Positions 61,194 to 64,000 of a stretch of DNA of 64,000 nt are shown here, in pieces. The number at the start of each line of letters is the position of its first letter. Within the stretch, counting starts at the first letter, position 1. Source of the stretch: Pseudomonadota bacterium (GTDB lineage Bacteria; Myxococcota_A; UBA796; SXON01). Under the pieces are notes generated by a model. It saw nothing but the letters and a program-made list of their open reading frames with translations, was not told the DNA's origin and did not search any database. Both the position numbers and the translations under genes were made by a program. The stretch spans positions 2,902 through 66,901 of the forward strand of contig JBDLRI010000025.1 in assembly GCA_039800105.1 (NCBI GenBank), given 5' to 3'.

Positions 61194-64000
61194 CTATCCG
61201 CGCCGTCGCCGCCGCGCGAGCAGCCCGAGCGGCAGCAGCATCCACGCGGAGGCCTCCTCGCCGTCGCGACCGCAGCAGCCGCCGGCTCCCTCGACGTCCG
61301 CCGGACCGGCCTGGCGCGCCAGCGGGGTGCTCGCGTTGCCCGTGTTCTGCGGGTCATGGTGGACACCGGCCCAGCCGATGTCCTGATCCGCCCGCCCCCG
61401 GGTGCGCCACGCGAAGAGCCGGCCCTCGCGGGTGCTGATGACAACCTCGACGTAGCCGTCCCCGTCGATGTCGCCGGTGGCCGGGCTGCCGAGGATCCAG
61501 TTGCCGGTGAACTTCGGCCAGCCCTCGGCCTCGTTGCCGCGCGCGTCCCAGGCGTGCAGCAGGTAGCCTGCGCTCCCCATGATCGCCTCGGCCCGGCCGT
61601 CGCCCGTCACGTCGGCGACGCCCGGGGCCACCAGGAACTGGAGATCCTCCACCTGGCGGGGCCAGCCGGGCAGCATCTGGCCGGTGGCACCGTCCCAGGC
61701 GGCGACCACGTTGTGCCACTCGAGCGCGGTCGGAAGCGCGAGCGCCACCAGGTAGTACGTGCCCGCGCCGCCGATCACGTAGTCCGGCACGCCGTCCCCG
61801 GTGAGATCGCCGAAGGACGGGTTGTTCGTCATCTGCACGAAGCTCGGCTCGGTGGCGTTCGACTCCGGGCCGTAGGCGCCCATGACGTAGGAGAGGTCCC
61901 GCGCCACGGTCGCATCGTGGTGGTAGAGCGGCGAGCGGCCGAGCATCACAGGGCTCGCGATCTCGAGATCCCCGTCCCGGTCGAGGTCGGCGAAGGCGAG
62001 GGAGCCCGGATGCCCGTCTCCCACGATCGGCAGCAGGCCGGCCTCGTTGATGAGCCCACCCTCGCGCAGGGGCCATCCGGGCTCCAGCGTGCCCGACACC
62101 GCGTCCAGAAGGTAGGAGATGCTCTCCCGCCCGCCGGAGACGGTCTCGTTGGTGCCGAGCCCGATCTCCACGGCGCCGTCGCCATCCACGTCCCCGACGG
62201 TCGGCGAGTTGATGATGCGCGCTCCCTCCACACCGCAGATCGACGGGTCGCACAGCTCCACGGGGTACGGCCCCCACGGCTGGCCCGCCGCATCCCAGGC
62301 GTACAGCCGCTGGTCGAGCCCCGCGGCCAGCACCTCCAGGCTTCCGTCCCCATCGAGATCATAGAGGGTCGGCGCCCCGTAGATTCCGTTGTCCCACCCG
62401 TTCTCGGACCCGACCCGCTCCGGCGGGCGCCCCAGGATCGCGACCGGAAAGCCGTCGACCGGACTCCCGTCGGCGTGCCAGGCGTAGACGCGGCCCTCCA
62501 CGCCGGCCGCTACCACCTCGGGGACGCCGTCACCCTCGAGGTCCCCGACCGCCGCCGTGGCGAGGACCGCCTCGTGCAGCTCGGACACGCCGGGCAGCGC
62601 GAGCTGCGGGCGCCACAGCCGCGACAGGGCGGTGCGCACGGGGAACCCGGCGGCCTCGCGACCCTGCGCGTCGAACGCGTGGACCCACCCCGTCGCGTCG
62701 GCGATCACGATCTCGAAGATGCCGTCATCGTCGAGATCGGCGAGCACCGGGCTGCTCTCGGCGGACCCGGGGAGCGTCAGCGGGAAGGCCTCGAGCAGGT
62801 CCGGATCGTGCCGCACGAAGAAGGTCTTGCGGAAGCTGGCCGCCGTACCGTCGGAATCGGTGGCCCGCACGCGCACGGTCACGGCTCCGCCCATCACGCG
62901 GGTCACGCGCTGCACCAGCGTCTCGTAGGCGGGCGCGTCCCCCGGCGCGCGGGTGTCGAGCGTGGAGAGATCGAGCTGCGCGAAGGTGCCCGCGAAATCC
63001 GCCGTCACCGTTCCGCGCGTGAGCTCGCGCCAGCTCGTCGGCGTGGCACCTACGCCGACGTCCACGACGTAGTCGACGGACTGGGCGCGCGGCATGCGGA
63101 TCGTACCGACGATGTCCACGGGACCGCGCGCCGGGTCGCGCGTCTCCAGCCACGCCGGCGAGGTCAGATCCAGCATCGGCGGAATGCGACCCGCGGCGAC
63201 GGCGTCCACGGCCCTGCCGATGTCCAGGCGGCCGTAGCCGTAGAACGTGTCCCAGCCCTCCGCGGAGGGGTAGGTGTTCGCGGTGGCCACGTCCTCCGGC
63301 GGCAGCGCGATGTCGGTCGCCGTCGTGACGAGCAGCTGGTAGACCTCGTCGGATTCCAGCGTGATCCCGCGCGCCCGCGCCGCCGACTTCACAAGTCCGA
63401 CCGCGCCGGTCGTGATCGCCGTCGCGCCGGTGGCGCACGCGGGACTGTCGGCGACGACGTCCAGGCGCGGCCCGTAGTTGTTGCAGTTGAAGAAGTTGAA
63501 GTAGCTGTAGGCGCCGGTGTTCTCGTCGGAGCTGTCGGCACGGATGCTGTGTACGAACAGCACCCCGTCGTGCAGGGCCGGGAAGTTCGCGTGGTAGGCG
63601 TTCTCGTCCCCCGCGGCCCCCGCGATGGAGATGCCGTTCGCGCGGGCCCAGGCGGCCGCCTCCGTCATCGTCGCGGGGTTCGTGAGCGCGCCGACGGAGA
63701 GGTTGAACGCCGCGGCACCGCGCTCCGCCGCGTAGAGGAGGGCCATCGCCGCGCGGCTCCCGTCCGTGACGAAGGTGTCGCCGATGCGGATGGGCAGCAC
63801 CGCGCAGTTGGGACACACGCCGATGGCACCGTCGTCGCCCCCTTCGGCGGCCATGTCCTCCACGACACCGCTGCCGTGGTCGCCGAAGTCCCCCTCGAAC
63901 GACGCGTAGGGATCGTTGTCATCCGAGAAGAAGTCCCAGCCGGCGATGTCGTCGACGAGACCGTTCCCGTCGTCGTCCACACCGTCGCTGAAGGCCGCCA
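61194..64000 (-). CDS. Large S8 serine protease with FG-GAP/VCBS-like repeats and MYXO-CTERM tail (N-terminus outside the window)
   Basis: ORF 61194..63980, with the frame open to the window edge. DDDGNGLVDDIAGWDF, DHGSGV. Repeated D-x-D-x-DG calcium-type FG-GAP units (DLDDDGIFEIV, DLEGDGVPEVV, DLDGDGSLEVL, DVDGDGAVEI, DIDGDGYVEVV). Tail GAGGCCGRDGEEASAWMLLPLGLLARRRRRG. Confidence 0.85.
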   Translation of the reverse strand, partial: AAFSDGVDDDGNGLVDDIAGWDFFSDDNDPYASFEGDFGDHGSGVVEDMAAEGGDDGAIGVCPNCAVLPIRIGDTFVTDGSRAAMALLYAAERGAAAFNLSVGALTNPATMTEAAAWARANGISIAGAAGDENAYHANFPALHDGVLFVHSIRADSSDENTGAYSYFNFFNCNNYGPRLDVVADSPACATGATAITTGAVGLVKSAARARGITLESDEVYQLLVTTATDIALPPEDVATANTYPSAEGWDTFYGYGRLDIGRAVDAVAAGRIPPMLDLTSPAWLETRDPARGPVDIVGTIRMPRAQSVDYVVDVGVGATPTSWRELTRGTVTADFAGTFAQLDLSTLDTRAPGDAPAYETLVQRVTRVMGGAVTVRVRATDSDGTAASFRKTFFVRHDPDLLEAFPLTLPGSAESSPVLADLDDDGIFEIVIADATGWVHAFDAQGREAAGFPVRTALSRLWRPQLALPGVSELHEAVLATAAVGDLEGDGVPEVVAAGVEGRVYAWHADGSPVDGFPVAILGRPPERVGSENGWDNGIYGAPTLYDLDGDGSLEVLAAGLDQRLYAWDAAGQPWGPYPVELCDPSICGVEGARIINSPTVGDVDGDGAVEIGLGTNETVSGGRESISYLLDAVSGTLEPGWPLREGGLINEAGLLPIVGDGHPGSLAFADLDRDGDLEIASPVMLGRSPLYHHDATVARDLSYVMGAYGPESNATEPSFVQMTNNPSFGDLTGDGVPDYVIGGAGTYYLVALALPTALEWHNVVAAWDGATGQMLPGWPRQVEDLQFLVAPGVADVTGDGRAEAIMGSAGYLLHAWDARGNEAEGWPKFTGNWILGSPATGDIDGDGYVEVVISTREGRLFAWRTRGRADQDIGWAGVHHDPQNTGNASTPLARQAGPADVEGAGGCCGRDGEEASAWMLLPLGLLARRRRRG

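Overview
Very GC-rich chromosomal window, judged by eye and not computed. Six proteins end in MYXO-CTERM-type tails (Cys motif, hydrophobic helix, Arg cluster), which points to a Myxococcales-like deltaproteobacterium. I call about 52 protein genes and one tRNA-Val(CAC). I found no rRNA, CRISPR array, transposase, integrase or phage genes.

Main blocks:
- Housekeeping genes: aspS (5' truncated), an M19 dipeptidase, mpg, selO, slyX, an OYE reductase, hsp20, an rlmI-like methyltransferase, a parvulin PPIase and tyrS.
- A three-gene minus-strand operon: an AAA/TPR STAND-like protein, a discoidin+NHL protein and a lipoprotein.
- A lipoprotein-MoxR-DUF58-transglutaminase operon.
- A fused membrane/spermidine-synthase-like gene.
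- A protease island: two S8 peptidases, one HExxH protease and an HmuY-like lipoprotein.
- An HME-RND efflux operon (outer-membrane factor, adaptor, pump, plus an extra lipoprotein).
- A complete 12-gene type II secretion cluster gspC-D-E-F-G-H-I-J-K-L-M-N (35.5-49.3 kb, minus strand).
- A class III cyclase transcribed divergently from gspC.
- A plus-strand block: AstE/AspA-family hydrolase, DUF115, an 83-aa protein and two tandem phosphodiester-glycosidase (NAGPA-like) paralogs.
- A large S8/FG-GAP protease running off the right edge.

The most unusual signal is non-genic. A family of about 40-bp, stop-codon-free, GC-only hairpin repeats has at least 15 clear copies plus 2 degenerate ones. 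The consensus is GGGGRGGCGTTGCGGRGGGG-loop-CCCCYCCGCCCCAGG. Several copies lie unambiguously inside coding sequences and are read in different frames.

Many long alternative-frame or antisense ORFs in the supplied track are GC artefacts and were not called. Start codons are often uncertain, because many candidates are GTG or are coupled to the upstream stop (ATGA/GTGA).
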